From positions 1,025,734 through 1,089,733 of the forward strand of contig CP175956.1 in NCBI GenBank assembly GCA_046116545.1: a stretch of DNA of 64,000 bases, read 5' to 3'. This DNA comes from Candidatus Moraniibacteriota bacterium (lineage in GTDB: Bacteria > Patescibacteriota > Minisyncoccia > Moranbacterales > GCA-2747515). Positions 10,124 through 20,328 of this stretch are shown one piece after another. Position 1 is the stretch's first letter; each line of letters opens with the position of its first letter. A program made the position numbers and the translations under genes. The notes beneath the pieces are model-generated. The model was given only the letters and a program-made list of their open reading frames with translations. It was not told the DNA's origin and did not search any database.

Positions 10124-11257
10124 TTATTTAATAACTTGTGCAACTTTTTTTGCTACACGTTCATCAAATGGATCTGGTATAACTCTATCAACTGTTGGAG
10201 TCTCTACACACTCAGCAATTGCATATGCAGCATCTACAAACATGCTATTTTTGAATTGTGTTATACCATTATCAAGCGCACCTCGAAATATTCCAGGAAA
10301 AGCTAGTACATTATTTATCTGATTTGGAAAATCACTTCTACCTGTAGCCACCACAAAAGCTCCTGCTTTTTTTGCAACATCTGGCATTATTTCTGGCTCT
10401 GGATTTGCAAGTGCAAATATTATAGGATCTTTTTTCATTATACTTAAAGCCTCTTTTTTCAAAGCTCCAGCAACTGACACTCCCACAAACACATCAGCAT
10501 CCACCAATGCTTTTTTAAGCATTCCACATACTCCACCACCATTTGTAACTTGCATCAATCGAACTTTAGTATCATTTAAATCCACCCGTTCTTTGCATAT
10601 AATCCCTTTACTATCACATAATACTATATTTGTAACACCAAATTCCAATAAGATATTTGTTATTGCAACACCAGCTGCTCCAACACCATTTATAACAACT
10701 TTTAAATCTTCTTTTTTTGTATCACGAAGTTTTAGCGCATTTATAAGTCCTGCTAAAACCACAACTGCTGTTCCATGTTGATCATCATGCATTACCGGAA
10801 TATCCAAATCCTCTCTCAATCTTTTTTCAACTTCAAAACATCTAGGAGCACTTATATCCTCCAAATTGATCCCACCAAATGTTGGTGCTATATTTTTAAC
10901 TAATTCAACTATCTCATCTACATTCTGAGTATTTATACAAATCGGAACAGCATCAACATCAGCAAATTTTTTAAATAATGCAGCTTTACCTTCCATAACA
11001 GGGATAGCAGCATGAGCACCTAAATTCCCAAGTCCTAGTATTGCGCTTCCATCAGAAACAATTGCTACTGTATTTTTCTTTATAGTTAACTCTTTTGCCT
11101 TACTAACATCTTCAGCTATTGCTCTAGAAATTGCCGCAACACCTGGTGAATAAGCTAATGATAAATCTTCTTTATTATTTAAATCCACTTTTAACCCCGT
11201 CTCTATTTTTCCACCTACCCTTTTATGTAATTCTATAGATTCTTCATATATATCCAT
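10124..11257 (-). CDS. NAD(P)-dependent malic enzyme (small form)
   Basis: The N-terminus IELHKRVGGKIETGLKVDLNNKEDLSLAYSPGVAAISRAIAED matches the malic-enzyme family. The Rossmann motif GVGAAGVAI is present. Confidence 0.8.
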   Translation of the reverse strand: MDIYEESIELHKRVGGKIETGLKVDLNNKEDLSLAYSPGVAAISRAIAEDVSKAKELTIKKNTVAIVSDGSAILGLGNLGAHAAIPVMEGKAALFKKFADVDAVPICINTQNVDEIVELVKNIAPTFGGINLEDISAPRCFEVEKRLREDLDIPVMHDDQHGTAVVVLAGLINALKLRDTKKEDLKVVINGVGAAGVAITNILLEFGVTNIVLCDSKGIICKERVDLNDTKVRLMQVTNGGGVCGMLKKALVDADVFVGVSVAGALKKEALSIMKKDPIIFALANPEPEIMPDVAKKAGAFVVATGRSDFPNQINNVLAFPGIFRGALDNGITQFKNSMFVDAAYAIAECVETPTVDRVIPDPFDERVAKKVAQVIK

Positions 11258-11265
11258 ATTTTCTA

Positions 11266-11832
11266 TTATTTTATATTATCAATAATTTCAGCAAGTGTTT
11301 TACTTCCAACCCACTTTTTATTTTCTTCACCGACTTCATTGATTAAAACGAAAGTATGTTGCTTGCTAACGCCATAATTCTGCTTCAAATCGTCATCATC
11401 AAAATCAACTTTTACTATAGCAACATCTGTAGGAATATCATTTTTTTCTGATTCTATATTTTTTTCAGCTTCTACACAACTAGGGCACCAATCAGCTGTA
11501 AAAAAAACTACTACATTTTCATATTCACTCACACCATCATCACCATAATTACCGTAATATCCCGGAGCGTTATTTTCTTCTAAAATTTTTTCACCAACTT
11601 CTTTCAATGCTTCTCCCACTTTTTCCTTTCCACTATCAACAACTTTTTCAATAACGATATCTCCATGCTCCTCCATTATTTCACCAGCTTTTTGTCCTGC
11701 TTCACTTTTTATTTCTTGCACATTATTTCCACCATAACCAAACATTATTGCAGATATTCCAATTATCAAAATAATTAGCAATACTACAAAAATTTTCGAA
11801 CCACCTTTATATGTTTTTTTCATAAAAATCAA
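11266..11832 (-). CDS. Membrane-anchored thioredoxin-like protein (TlpA/thioredoxin fold)
   Basis: N-terminal TM helix and a WCPSC redox motif (FFTADWCPSCVEAEKN). Confidence 0.55.
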   Translation of the reverse strand: MIFMKKTYKGGSKIFVVLLIILIIGISAIMFGYGGNNVQEIKSEAGQKAGEIMEEHGDIVIEKVVDSGKEKVGEALKEVGEKILEENNAPGYYGNYGDDGVSEYENVVVFFTADWCPSCVEAEKNIESEKNDIPTDVAIVKVDFDDDDLKQNYGVSKQHTFVLINEVGEENKKWVGSKTLAEIIDNIK

Positions 11833-11836
11833 TTGC

Positions 11837-12574
11837 TTATGTAAATAAAGTTCCTACAAAATAAGCTATAAATGCTGCTGTCATACCAAGTCCTACGATT
11901 TCTAGAACTGATATAATCACACATTCCTTAGTAAATCTAGCTCGAATGATTCCCAAAACACCCAAAGCAATCGCTGCAAAAATACTAGCTGTAGCAAATC
12001 GTCCATCAAATGATGGGATGTCAAACATATACGGAAGAAGTGGCACTGCACCAAACATAATAAAAGAAATAAATGTAATCGAAGCGGCTTTAACAGGTGA
12101 ATCTTCTGGATGTGCCATATTCAATTCATATCTCATCATAAAATCAGCCCAAAATTCAGGATTTCTCTTATAAATATCTGCAAGTGCTACTGCATCTTCT
12201 TTTGTAAAACCATTTTCAGTTAAAATTAAAACTGTTTCATCATACTCAAATTTTTCAGTTTCTTTTATTTCTTTATATTCTTTTTTCCATTCCTTTTCAA
12301 ATAACTTTTTTTCAGCACGAGAAGATAAAAAATCACCAACACCCATACTAAAACCATCAGCAAACAAATTAGCCAACCCAAAAACTAACACAACCGTCAC
12401 CGGAATAGTAATTGATTCATCTGATGTCATAGATGCTCCTGTAAAACCAGCCACCACTGCAAAAGTTGTAATTATTCCATCAATTCCACCATAAACAAGT
12501 TCTTTCAGGTTGGCTGAAAAAATAGTTTGATTATGAACTTGCTTCAAATGATTATTTAAAATTTCTCTATCCAT
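11837..12574 (-). CDS. VIT1/CCC1-family iron/manganese transporter
   Basis: Motif VYGGIDGIITTFAVVAGFTGA, followed by a cytoplasmic loop and C-terminal TM helices, which is typical of VIT-family proteins. Confidence 0.7.
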   Translation of the reverse strand: MDREILNNHLKQVHNQTIFSANLKELVYGGIDGIITTFAVVAGFTGASMTSDESITIPVTVVLVFGLANLFADGFSMGVGDFLSSRAEKKLFEKEWKKEYKEIKETEKFEYDETVLILTENGFTKEDAVALADIYKRNPEFWADFMMRYELNMAHPEDSPVKAASITFISFIMFGAVPLLPYMFDIPSFDGRFATASIFAAIALGVLGIIRARFTKECVIISVLEIVGLGMTAAFIAYFVGTLFT

Positions 12575-12610
12575 ACAACTTATTATATATCATCTACAAT
12601 TAATTACAAA

Positions 12611-12648
12611 ATAAAAAACATCTAAAGATTACTCTCAGATGTTTTTTG
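12611..12648 (-). terminator. Intrinsic terminator downstream of the rpmG–rpmB pair (works on both strands)
   Basis: Stem AACATCT/AGATGTT with a 13-nt loop, flanked by T tracts on both strands. Confidence 0.5.
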
Positions 12649-12657
12649 AAAACAAAT

Positions 12658-12891
12658 TTATTTCTGTACTAGATCTCTAAGATCATACTTTTTTCCTTCT
12701 CGTTGCCATTTATTCAATGTGCGAATTGCAGAAGTTGAAAGTCGTACAGTCATTTTTAGTCCAGTGGCTGGATTTATAAGATTCTTCTTTTGGAGATTCA
12801 CTTTGAACTTTCTCTTAGTTTTCACTTGTGAATGAGAAACTTTGTGTCCGCTAATAGAACTCTTTCCAGTGATTTGACATGTTCTAGACAT
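12658..12891 (-). CDS. rpmB: 50S ribosomal protein L28
   Basis: 77-aa product MSRTCQITGKSSISGHKVSHSQVKTKRKF…, the canonical L28 N-terminus. Confidence 0.85.
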   Translation of the reverse strand: MSRTCQITGKSSISGHKVSHSQVKTKRKFKVNLQKKNLINPATGLKMTVRLSTSAIRTLNKWQREGKKYDLRDLVQK

Positions 12892-12909
12892 AACTAAATA
12901 TATAAATTA

Positions 12910-13083
12910 TTATTTCTTTTCCCTGTAAACTGTATGCGTTTTAGTAATAGGATTAAACTTTTTCAGTTCAAGCTTAATACCTCGCAATTTCTTAGTGTTT
13001 TTGTGAGCCCAAATAATATGACCCTTTCCTTTTCCCTCTTCATCTCCAAGAGAAACAAGTTTTATAAGATTATCCTGTGACAT
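12910..13083 (-). CDS. rpmG: 50S ribosomal protein L33 (57 aa, lacks the Zn-binding cysteines)
   Basis: Hand translation MSQDNLIKLVSLGDEEGKGKGHIIWAHKNTKKLRGIKLELKKFNPITKTHTVYREKK. The C-terminal part RLELKKF.P..K.HT….EKK matches the L33 pattern. It sits 18 nt upstream of rpmB and was missed by the ORF track because it is shorter than 60 aa. Confidence 0.6.
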   Translation of the reverse strand: MSQDNLIKLVSLGDEEGKGKGHIIWAHKNTKKLRGIKLELKKFNPITKTHTVYREKK

Positions 13084-13331
13084 AACATTTCAAAACAAAT
13101 ATTAACATAAACGCTTTTACCAGCGTTTTTTTACGTATGTCTTAGTATACACGATTATAAAAATATTGCAAGTAACCAAAATACTCACAATCAACAATAA
13201 ACTCATCAGATACTAAATCACCCTCAATTTTTATATACTTACAAAAATATTGCATCTATATATTTAATTTTAACTATATATTTTTTTACAAAAAATCAAC
13301 CTTTTTAATATCCATATTAAAGAGGCACTTC

Positions 13332-14390
13332 TTAAATTATCACTCCCCCACCCAAACAAACTTTTCCATCATAAAAAACTGCGTATTGCCCTGGTGTTAT
13401 CCCTCTATCTTTTTCACTAAGTTTCACACTCAGTCTACCTACATCATTATATATTTTCACAATTTCACAATCATGAAAATTTTCTCCATGACGCAATTTC
13501 ACTTGCAAAAATTTCTTTGTTGGAACATCATTTATCCAATTCATATTTCTCACTTCAAACTCATCTCTACTATAATCCTCACCTGAAAATCCATGTGATA
13601 GATAAACTATATTTTCTTCCACATTTTTATCACATACATACCACGGACCACCATTTATATCCACACCCCGTCTTTGTCCTATTGTATAAAAATAAAATCC
13701 ATCATGCTCACCTAATTTTTCACCTGTTTCTTTTTCCACAAATTCACCCTTCCGAGTTCCTAAATGCTGTTTTACAAAATCACGAAAAGAGATTTTACCT
13801 AGAAAACAAATTCCCTGCGAATCTTTACGAGTTGCTGTTGCTAATCTATTTTCTCGCGCATACATTCTCACCTCTTTTTTTTGCATATAACCTATTGGAA
13901 ATATTACTTTCTGTAATTGCTCTTGTGTCATCATTGCCAAAAAATATGTTTGATCTTTCACAGAATCTGGAGCTCTTTTTAATTTCACATCTCCATTTTC
14001 TATTTCTTCAATCTGTGCATAATGACCCGTTGCGATTTTATCAAAGTCTTTACCATATTTATCGTAAAAAGCACCGAATTTAACTTCTCTATTACATAGC
14101 ATGTCTGGATTTGGAGTTAATCCCTTTTCCACTGAATCAATCGTATAGCTCACAACTTTCTCATGATATTCTTTTTGTAGTGGTACTACATTTAATTTCA
14201 CATCACATTGTTTACACACTTTTTCCACATAAGATAGATCTTCTTCCCATGGACATTCACCCAAAAAAGACATTTCATCTTCAAGCCAAATCTTGAGATA
14301 AAATGCTTCTATGTCATGTCCTTGTTGTTTAAGTAAATGTAATGCAACCGAGCTATCCACACCACCACTTACCAATACTGCTATTTTCAT
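13332..14390 (-). CDS. mnmA: tRNA-specific 2-thiouridylase MnmA
   Basis: MKIAVLVSGGVDSSVALHLLKQQGHDIEAFYLKIW PP-loop, plus the conserved C-terminal region. Confidence 0.9.
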   Translation of the reverse strand: MKIAVLVSGGVDSSVALHLLKQQGHDIEAFYLKIWLEDEMSFLGECPWEEDLSYVEKVCKQCDVKLNVVPLQKEYHEKVVSYTIDSVEKGLTPNPDMLCNREVKFGAFYDKYGKDFDKIATGHYAQIEEIENGDVKLKRAPDSVKDQTYFLAMMTQEQLQKVIFPIGYMQKKEVRMYARENRLATATRKDSQGICFLGKISFRDFVKQHLGTRKGEFVEKETGEKLGEHDGFYFYTIGQRRGVDINGGPWYVCDKNVEENIVYLSHGFSGEDYSRDEFEVRNMNWINDVPTKKFLQVKLRHGENFHDCEIVKIYNDVGRLSVKLSEKDRGITPGQYAVFYDGKVCLGGGVII

Positions 14391-14514
14391 ATTTACTGAT
14401 TTGCTAAAACATCAAAAAGTGACTCATCCAGAAGAAACTGCCACAAAAAAGATAATATTATCACAAATATAACTATGTAAATCACTGCTTTTATTGCAAG
14501 TTTTGCCATATTTT

Positions 14515-15477
14515 TTATTTATTTAAAAAATTATCAACAATCCTTGTTACTTCTTCTGCATTACTAGCATCCATAAGTTCAACTCTAAGAGCACTTGCAT
14601 TTTCAAATCCATTTGCATATGCCTTGTAATGCTTTTTCATTATTGCAAAATTTTTCACTCCTGTAAAAAGTTCACCGAATAGTTGCGTATGTTCTACTAA
14701 CACTTTCAATTTTTCTTCCACTGATATATTTTGAACTTCTTTTGAAAATAACCATGGATTACCAAAAACACCTCGTCCTATCATGATTCCATCACAACCT
14801 GTTTCTTCAACTTTTCTAACTCCCTGTTCTATAGTCGTTATATCTCCATTCCCCAATAATTTTGTTTCTGGAGCTATATCATTTTTCATCTCTACAATAC
14901 TAGACATCAAATCCCAATGCGCATCCACCTTACTCATTTCTTTACGAGTACGAAGATGAACAGTCAATGCCGCAACATCCATTTCAAGTATATTTGGCAA
15001 CCAAGTATCCATTTCATTTTCATTAAATCCAATTCTAGTTTTCACACTAACTGGCATATCTCCAGCTCCTGCCAAAGTTGCACTTATTATATCCTTTGCT
15101 AACGGTACATTTTGTATAAGCGCTGAACCTGTTCCTTGTTTTACTATATTTTTCTCAGGACAACCCATATTTATATCAATTCCATCAAATCCTAATTCAT
15201 TACACAATTTTGCAACACCTTCAAAATTCTTTGGTTCAATCCCAAAAACCTGAGCAACTACTGGTCGCTCGCTCTCATCAAACCATAGATGATTCATTAA
15301 TTTTTCTCTGCCCACTGGATGTGAAAGTCCATCAACACTCACAAACTCAGTAAAAATCACATCTGGTTCTGAATACTTTGCAATAATTTTCCGAAAAGCA
15401 GCATCTGTCACATCATACATTGGAGCAAGTGCAAAAAATGGTTTATTTAATTTTCCCCAAAATCCTTTATTTATCAT
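14515..15477 (-). CDS. tRNA-dihydrouridine synthase (Dus family)
   Basis: LAPMYDVTDAAFRKI followed by FGIEPKNF…DINMGCP…, a TIM-barrel flavoenzyme signature. Confidence 0.85.
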   Translation of the reverse strand: MINKGFWGKLNKPFFALAPMYDVTDAAFRKIIAKYSEPDVIFTEFVSVDGLSHPVGREKLMNHLWFDESERPVVAQVFGIEPKNFEGVAKLCNELGFDGIDINMGCPEKNIVKQGTGSALIQNVPLAKDIISATLAGAGDMPVSVKTRIGFNENEMDTWLPNILEMDVAALTVHLRTRKEMSKVDAHWDLMSSIVEMKNDIAPETKLLGNGDITTIEQGVRKVEETGCDGIMIGRGVFGNPWLFSKEVQNISVEEKLKVLVEHTQLFGELFTGVKNFAIMKKHYKAYANGFENASALRVELMDASNAEEVTRIVDNFLNK

Positions 15478-15558
15478 ATATATACTTATAATATCATATA
15501 TAAATTATAATCATATACTTTATTTTATAAAATGTCTATCATTTCATAAAAATTTTCA

Positions 15559-15587
15559 TTGACAAAATGCCAAAAAAATGATATATT
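15559..15587 (+). promoter_or_regulatory. Sigma-70-like promoter (TTGACA-N17-TATATT) for the 15641 gene
   Basis: TTGACA at 15559..15564 and TATATT at 15582..15587. An AAGGAG Shine-Dalgarno sequence lies 8 nt before the ATG at 15641. Confidence 0.45.
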
Positions 15588-15640
15588 TTGACCGTTAACA
15601 AGTATGTATTTTTACAATCAATCTACGAAGGAGTCATGAA

Positions 15641-16300
15641 ATGAACAAAAACCTCGCACCCAAAGTTAAATCTATCGAATTTCGATACGGACCAAATGAC
15701 AGTATAACTGACATTTGCGTCAAAGGCATAACTACAAAAAATGTGGCCAGTATATGTTCTGATTTAAGTGTTATATGTGGTCAACAAATAATTTTTCTAA
15801 ATCAGAGTCGACGAAACCCTGGAAATCACCATTTCATATCAAAAACAGAAAGTTTATATTTAGACTTATCTGCACATAGAATCTTCCAAAAACAGTTTCC
15901 AGAACTGTTTCGTAAAACCCGAATCATCAAAGATGAACGTGCCTTTAAACTACAAGAAATATTTTTTGCTCTTATGGAAGTCCGAGTAAGAGATCAAAGG
16001 GATTTAAAAAATTTGCATAAAACTCTTGCGGATACCAGAAAAACAACATTGGGTAGCAATCCGGTGGATTATGCAACTGACAACTTTTCTGTAGTTGAGC
16101 AACATAAAATACTATCAATACGATTAGAAACCCTTAAAAATCGTATCAAAACTCAAACACACCTAATCAACCACTTACACAAAGAAGGCTGGTGTGGTCA
16201 CTGCGAAGGACCTGGTTGCAAAGAGCTAATGCTCAAAGAAGACATCATTGATAACCTCACGCTTCTATGTCCAGAGTGCATAGAAAAATATAGTGACTAA
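15641..16300 (+). CDS. Hypothetical protein with a C-terminal Cys cluster (CGHCEGPGC…CPEC, zinc-ribbon-like)
   Basis: 219-aa ORF with a good Shine-Dalgarno sequence and promoter. I recognise no family. Confidence 0.5.
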   Translation: MNKNLAPKVKSIEFRYGPNDSITDICVKGITTKNVASICSDLSVICGQQIIFLNQSRRNPGNHHFISKTESLYLDLSAHRIFQKQFPELFRKTRIIKDERAFKLQEIFFALMEVRVRDQRDLKNLHKTLADTRKTTLGSNPVDYATDNFSVVEQHKILSIRLETLKNRIKTQTHLINHLHKEGWCGHCEGPGCKELMLKEDIIDNLTLLCPECIEKYSD

Positions 16301-16377
16301 TTGCAATGATTACAACAATGGCATAAGGATAACATATCCTTATGCCATTTTTCTTATTTATGATATCCTAAATACAT

Positions 16378-18471
16378 ATGCTAACAATGAATACCAAATT
16401 ATCTGAATTATCAAGAATTACAGATAAACATGCTAAAAAATTACAAAAATTAAATCTTTACACAACTAAAGACCTGCTTTATCATTTTCCTAAACGATAT
16501 GATGACTTTTCTCATATCTATGACATCTCAGAACTTTATGAGGAAATGAATGCAACTGTTACAGGATTTGCAAACAACATAAAAACAACTCGCCTACCAA
16601 CTCGCAGACTCACTATAACTTCAGCAACAATTTCAGATGATACAGGATCAATTGAAATGATATGGTTTAACCAAGCTTTTGTAGAAAATACATTAAAGAC
16701 AGATAAAAAAATAAGAGTTAGTGGCAAAGTAGCTTTAAGTAAAAAAGGTATTATACAGTTCAATGCCCCCAATATAGAAAGACTTGAACGTACACCCACA
16801 AGTACTGGACGACTCGTCCCTATATATCCAGAAACTGCTGGCATTACTTCAAAATGGCTTAGATGGCAAATTCAAATGATATTATCAAAGGATATTGATT
16901 TTGAAGATATGATTCCACAAAATATCCTTGATGAATTAAAATTACAGTCTCTTGGAGATGCTCTAAAAACAATACACTTCCCTAAAAAAGAAATTGAGGT
17001 TGAATACGCTGCAAAACGATTTATGTTTGAAGAGATGTTTATCTTACAACTCATAACACTTCGCACTAAAGCATCTCTCAATAAAGAAAAATCTATCAAG
17101 ATACCTTTTGATAAAAAACTGACACAAGACTTCATCGATACACTACCTTTCACTCCCACTGATGCACAGAAAAAAAGTTCCTTTCAAATATTGACAGATA
17201 TGCAAAAAACAACACCCATGAATAGATTACTAAATGGTGATGTTGGAGCTGGTAAAACCTTAGTAGCTGCCATTGCCGCACTTGATTGTATTAAGGCTGG
17301 ACATCAAGTTGCAATTCTAGCTCCCACAGAAGTCTTAGCTAGACAACACTTCAACACATTTATTAATTTTTTTGAGAAATACGAATATAACATTGGACTA
17401 TTAACTGGAGCACACAAAATAATTGGCTCTCATCCAGCACTCACAAAAGAAGTTACTCGTCCAAATATGCTCAAAGCTATCGCAAATAAAGAACTGCAAT
17501 TAGTAATTGGAACTCATGCAATAATTCAAGATGATGTTGCCTTTGACGATCTTGCACTTATAGTTGTAGATGAACAACATAGATTTGGTGTAGCACAAAG
17601 AGCAACTCTGACCAAAAAAACATCTGAAAGTAACGATGGAAATCCAAATACAGTTCCACACTTTTTAACTATGACAGCAACTCCAATCCCAAGAACTTTT
17701 GCTCTCGCGCTATTTGGAGATTTAGATGTATCACTACTGGATGAAAAACCAGGCAATAGAAAAGAAATTAAAACTCAAATAGTCGAACCAAAAAATCAAA
17801 ATGAAATTTATGCTTTTATAAAAAATGAAATTGATTCAGGACGACAAGCATATATAATATTACCATTAGTCGAAGAATCCGAAGCTCTAAAAAATGTGAA
17901 AGCTGCAAAAGAGGAGTGCGAAAGACTTGATAATGACGTATTTCAAAAAGAAACTCTTGGACTCATGCATGGAAGACTAAAATCAAAAGAGAAAGAGTTG
18001 TTAATGAAGGATTTTGAAAGTGGAAAAATTGATATTTTAGTTTCCACATCAGTTGTCGAAGTTGGAGTTGATGTCCCAAATGCAACTGTAATGATAATAG
18101 AAAATGCAGAAAGATTTGGACTTTCCCAATTACACCAATTCCGAGGACGAATAGGACGTGAAAAACATCAATCACATTGTTATCTATTCTCAGAAAACAC
18201 AAAAAGTCCTAGATTAAAATCCATGGAAAAATATTCAGACGGATTTAAACTTGCAGAAATAGATTTAAAATTACGCGGACCAGGTCAATTCTTAGGATCA
18301 GCACAAAGCGGACTCCCAGATGGCGCAATGAAAAACATTTCAAATATAAAACTAGTTACTATATCCCGAGAATATGCAATTCAAATATTAAAAAAAGACC
18401 CGAATCTAATAAAGTATCCAAAGCTTCAACAAAAATTATCAGAATTTTACGAAAATGTCCATTTGGAATAA
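16378..18471 (+). CDS. recG: ATP-dependent DNA helicase RecG
   Basis: Wedge/OB-fold N-terminus, the TDAQKKSSFQILTDM motif, Walker A GDVGAGKT and helicase C-terminal motifs (QLHQFRGRIGR). Confidence 0.9.
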   Translation: MLTMNTKLSELSRITDKHAKKLQKLNLYTTKDLLYHFPKRYDDFSHIYDISELYEEMNATVTGFANNIKTTRLPTRRLTITSATISDDTGSIEMIWFNQAFVENTLKTDKKIRVSGKVALSKKGIIQFNAPNIERLERTPTSTGRLVPIYPETAGITSKWLRWQIQMILSKDIDFEDMIPQNILDELKLQSLGDALKTIHFPKKEIEVEYAAKRFMFEEMFILQLITLRTKASLNKEKSIKIPFDKKLTQDFIDTLPFTPTDAQKKSSFQILTDMQKTTPMNRLLNGDVGAGKTLVAAIAALDCIKAGHQVAILAPTEVLARQHFNTFINFFEKYEYNIGLLTGAHKIIGSHPALTKEVTRPNMLKAIANKELQLVIGTHAIIQDDVAFDDLALIVVDEQHRFGVAQRATLTKKTSESNDGNPNTVPHFLTMTATPIPRTFALALFGDLDVSLLDEKPGNRKEIKTQIVEPKNQNEIYAFIKNEIDSGRQAYIILPLVEESEALKNVKAAKEECERLDNDVFQKETLGLMHGRLKSKEKELLMKDFESGKIDILVSTSVVEVGVDVPNATVMIIENAERFGLSQLHQFRGRIGREKHQSHCYLFSENTKSPRLKSMEKYSDGFKLAEIDLKLRGPGQFLGSAQSGLPDGAMKNISNIKLVTISREYAIQILKKDPNLIKYPKLQQKLSEFYENVHLE

Positions 18472-18615
18472 ATCATTGTTCGAATCCTATTGTCCCAACT
18501 GATTTTTCTAATAAAATAAAAAGTGACAACGAGTTCTCGTCATCACTTTATAAAAAAATATATTCATCAAACTCATTAAAGCCCTTGATGAACTCCTTAC
18601 TCCCATCTTAATGTC

Positions 18616-18924
18616 CTATTGCAAAAAGAAGCCCAAAGGTATGCCAACACACTGAATCCCTGCAGCAACAATTAATGCGTTATTTCTGTGCTTTTTTTCA
18701 GAAAACACAAATGAGCTAATGACCAATACAAGAGTATTGAATATTGTCATTGCAAACACACTGTAAGCAAGGTTGACATTGATATTTGGAATCACAGGCA
18801 AAACAAATCCTGCAAAAACTACATTGATGATCAAGAATATAATCCCTACCTGGGGTGTTAATACTTTTCTTGACAACGATAATAATGGAACACCAAAACA
18901 CAGACCTAACAAAAATAAGTTCAT
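18616..18924 (-). CDS. Small hypothetical membrane protein (3 predicted TM helices)
   Basis: 102-aa hydrophobic ORF. It gives no family signal. Confidence 0.4.
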   Translation of the reverse strand: MNLFLLGLCFGVPLLSLSRKVLTPQVGIIFLIINVVFAGFVLPVIPNINVNLAYSVFAMTIFNTLVLVISSFVFSEKKHRNNALIVAAGIQCVGIPLGFFLQ

Positions 18925-19096
18925 GTCATTCTCCTTTTGAGTAGATATTTTTTGTTAACATTTGTTGAAATTTTCAACATTAAATATTAACATTATTTCA
19001 TGTTTTTGTCAACTTCACGACGGGACACTCTATTCCAAAACTGAATTTAAAATTGTTCGAACCTCATCTCATAGGTCCAACAATTTTTTTCAAAAT

Positions 19097-19131
19097 AAAA
19101 AACCTCGATTTATTTTGTAAATCGAGGTTTT
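19097..19131 (-). terminator. Intrinsic terminator immediately downstream of the phosphoesterase gene
   Basis: AAAACCTCGATTTA / TAAATCGAGGTTTT palindrome followed by TTTTTTATTTTG on the minus strand. Confidence 0.5.
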
Positions 19132-19148
19132 ATAACTACACACATCCA

Positions 19149-20105
19149 TTATGAGATATGCTCAACTTCCAGATTGTCCAAATTTAAAATCATGAAACCA
19201 CCTCCAAAACCAAACATGCCATCGGGTGCAGGAATAATCTTTACACCAAACTCACTCATTAGCTTCGGTATCTCAATCCTTTCAAGATAGTACTTCTCGA
19301 CACCTCGAGAAATTTCCTTATCGAAAGCGATGTTAAGTACCAATCTCAAAAGTACTCTAATTGGCAATAGCCACTTTGAAGTAAAAGCTCTGATAGCAAC
19401 TTGATTAAATAAAAGTGAGATATTGGAATGATAATGTCCACAAAAAAATAATTCAATATTATCCTTGTGGTCATTAATTATCTTTAAAAACCGTTCATTG
19501 GACATTGAGTCAGGATCATGGACAAATAGTATAACTTTTTCATCTTTGGTCATATCCTTTTCTAAACGATCCAAGATATCTTTTTTCATGTCATCAATAT
19601 TAAAGTCTTTTCCACATTTCTCCGTCAAGAGATATGGGATAAAACACAAACGATATCCCAAAACAACTGTAGAATAGTACAAATTTTTTCTACCTGCTAG
19701 TGTGAGAAATCTTTTAATGCTTGCAAGAGAAGCACCTCCTTCAGAATCAGTTGCTAATGGCAATGTCTTTTTGTGATAACCTGACTCATGATTTCCCATG
19801 TTCAAAGAAATCGAAAAAATATTGTTTTCAGCTTTAAACTGTCTGATGATATCCTGAGCCGACTGCAAATCTTCATCCGTCAATATACCACGCTCATTAA
19901 ATGTGTTTTCCTGCAGGTCTCCATTATGAATCACATATTGAATTCCGCGACTCTTGATAACATGCTTCATTTTCTGCATCACATCATCTTTACCAATACC
20001 TCCAAATATTTGAATGATACGCTCTCCCAAACTCTTTTTTTGCGAATAAAACTTTTGTGCAGCAAAAGGAGTCTTATGCCAATCGGATGTTAATAGTATA
20101 TTCAT
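19149..20105 (-). CDS. Calcineurin-like metallophosphoesterase
   Basis: Motifs LTSDWH, HNGDL, GNHE and GHYH in the canonical order. Confidence 0.7.
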   Translation of the reverse strand: MNILLTSDWHKTPFAAQKFYSQKKSLGERIIQIFGGIGKDDVMQKMKHVIKSRGIQYVIHNGDLQENTFNERGILTDEDLQSAQDIIRQFKAENNIFSISLNMGNHESGYHKKTLPLATDSEGGASLASIKRFLTLAGRKNLYYSTVVLGYRLCFIPYLLTEKCGKDFNIDDMKKDILDRLEKDMTKDEKVILFVHDPDSMSNERFLKIINDHKDNIELFFCGHYHSNISLLFNQVAIRAFTSKWLLPIRVLLRLVLNIAFDKEISRGVEKYYLERIEIPKLMSEFGVKIIPAPDGMFGFGGGFMILNLDNLEVEHIS

Positions 20106-20328
20106 TATTTTCTCCCTGTCTGTATGATTTCACTATTTTATATAAATTGTTAAGACAACAAAATGACTATATATTATACAAAATAAATAACATTTTGTCA
20201 ATACCATTTTGCAATAATAATTATCAAGTAATAACTTTACTGATACTGATATACACTACTGTTAAAGCAGAAAAAAACTTTATATTTACCATCATTTTCA
20301 AAGCATATGGGATGGTATTGAAACTTTC

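Noticed and set aside
13110-13133. Hairpin AAACGCTTTTACCAGCGTTTTTTT between mnmA and rpmG as a terminator
   Set aside because: The U-tract orientation fits only the + strand, where no gene exists. On the minus strand the A-tract precedes the stem. It is more likely part of the r-protein operon leader
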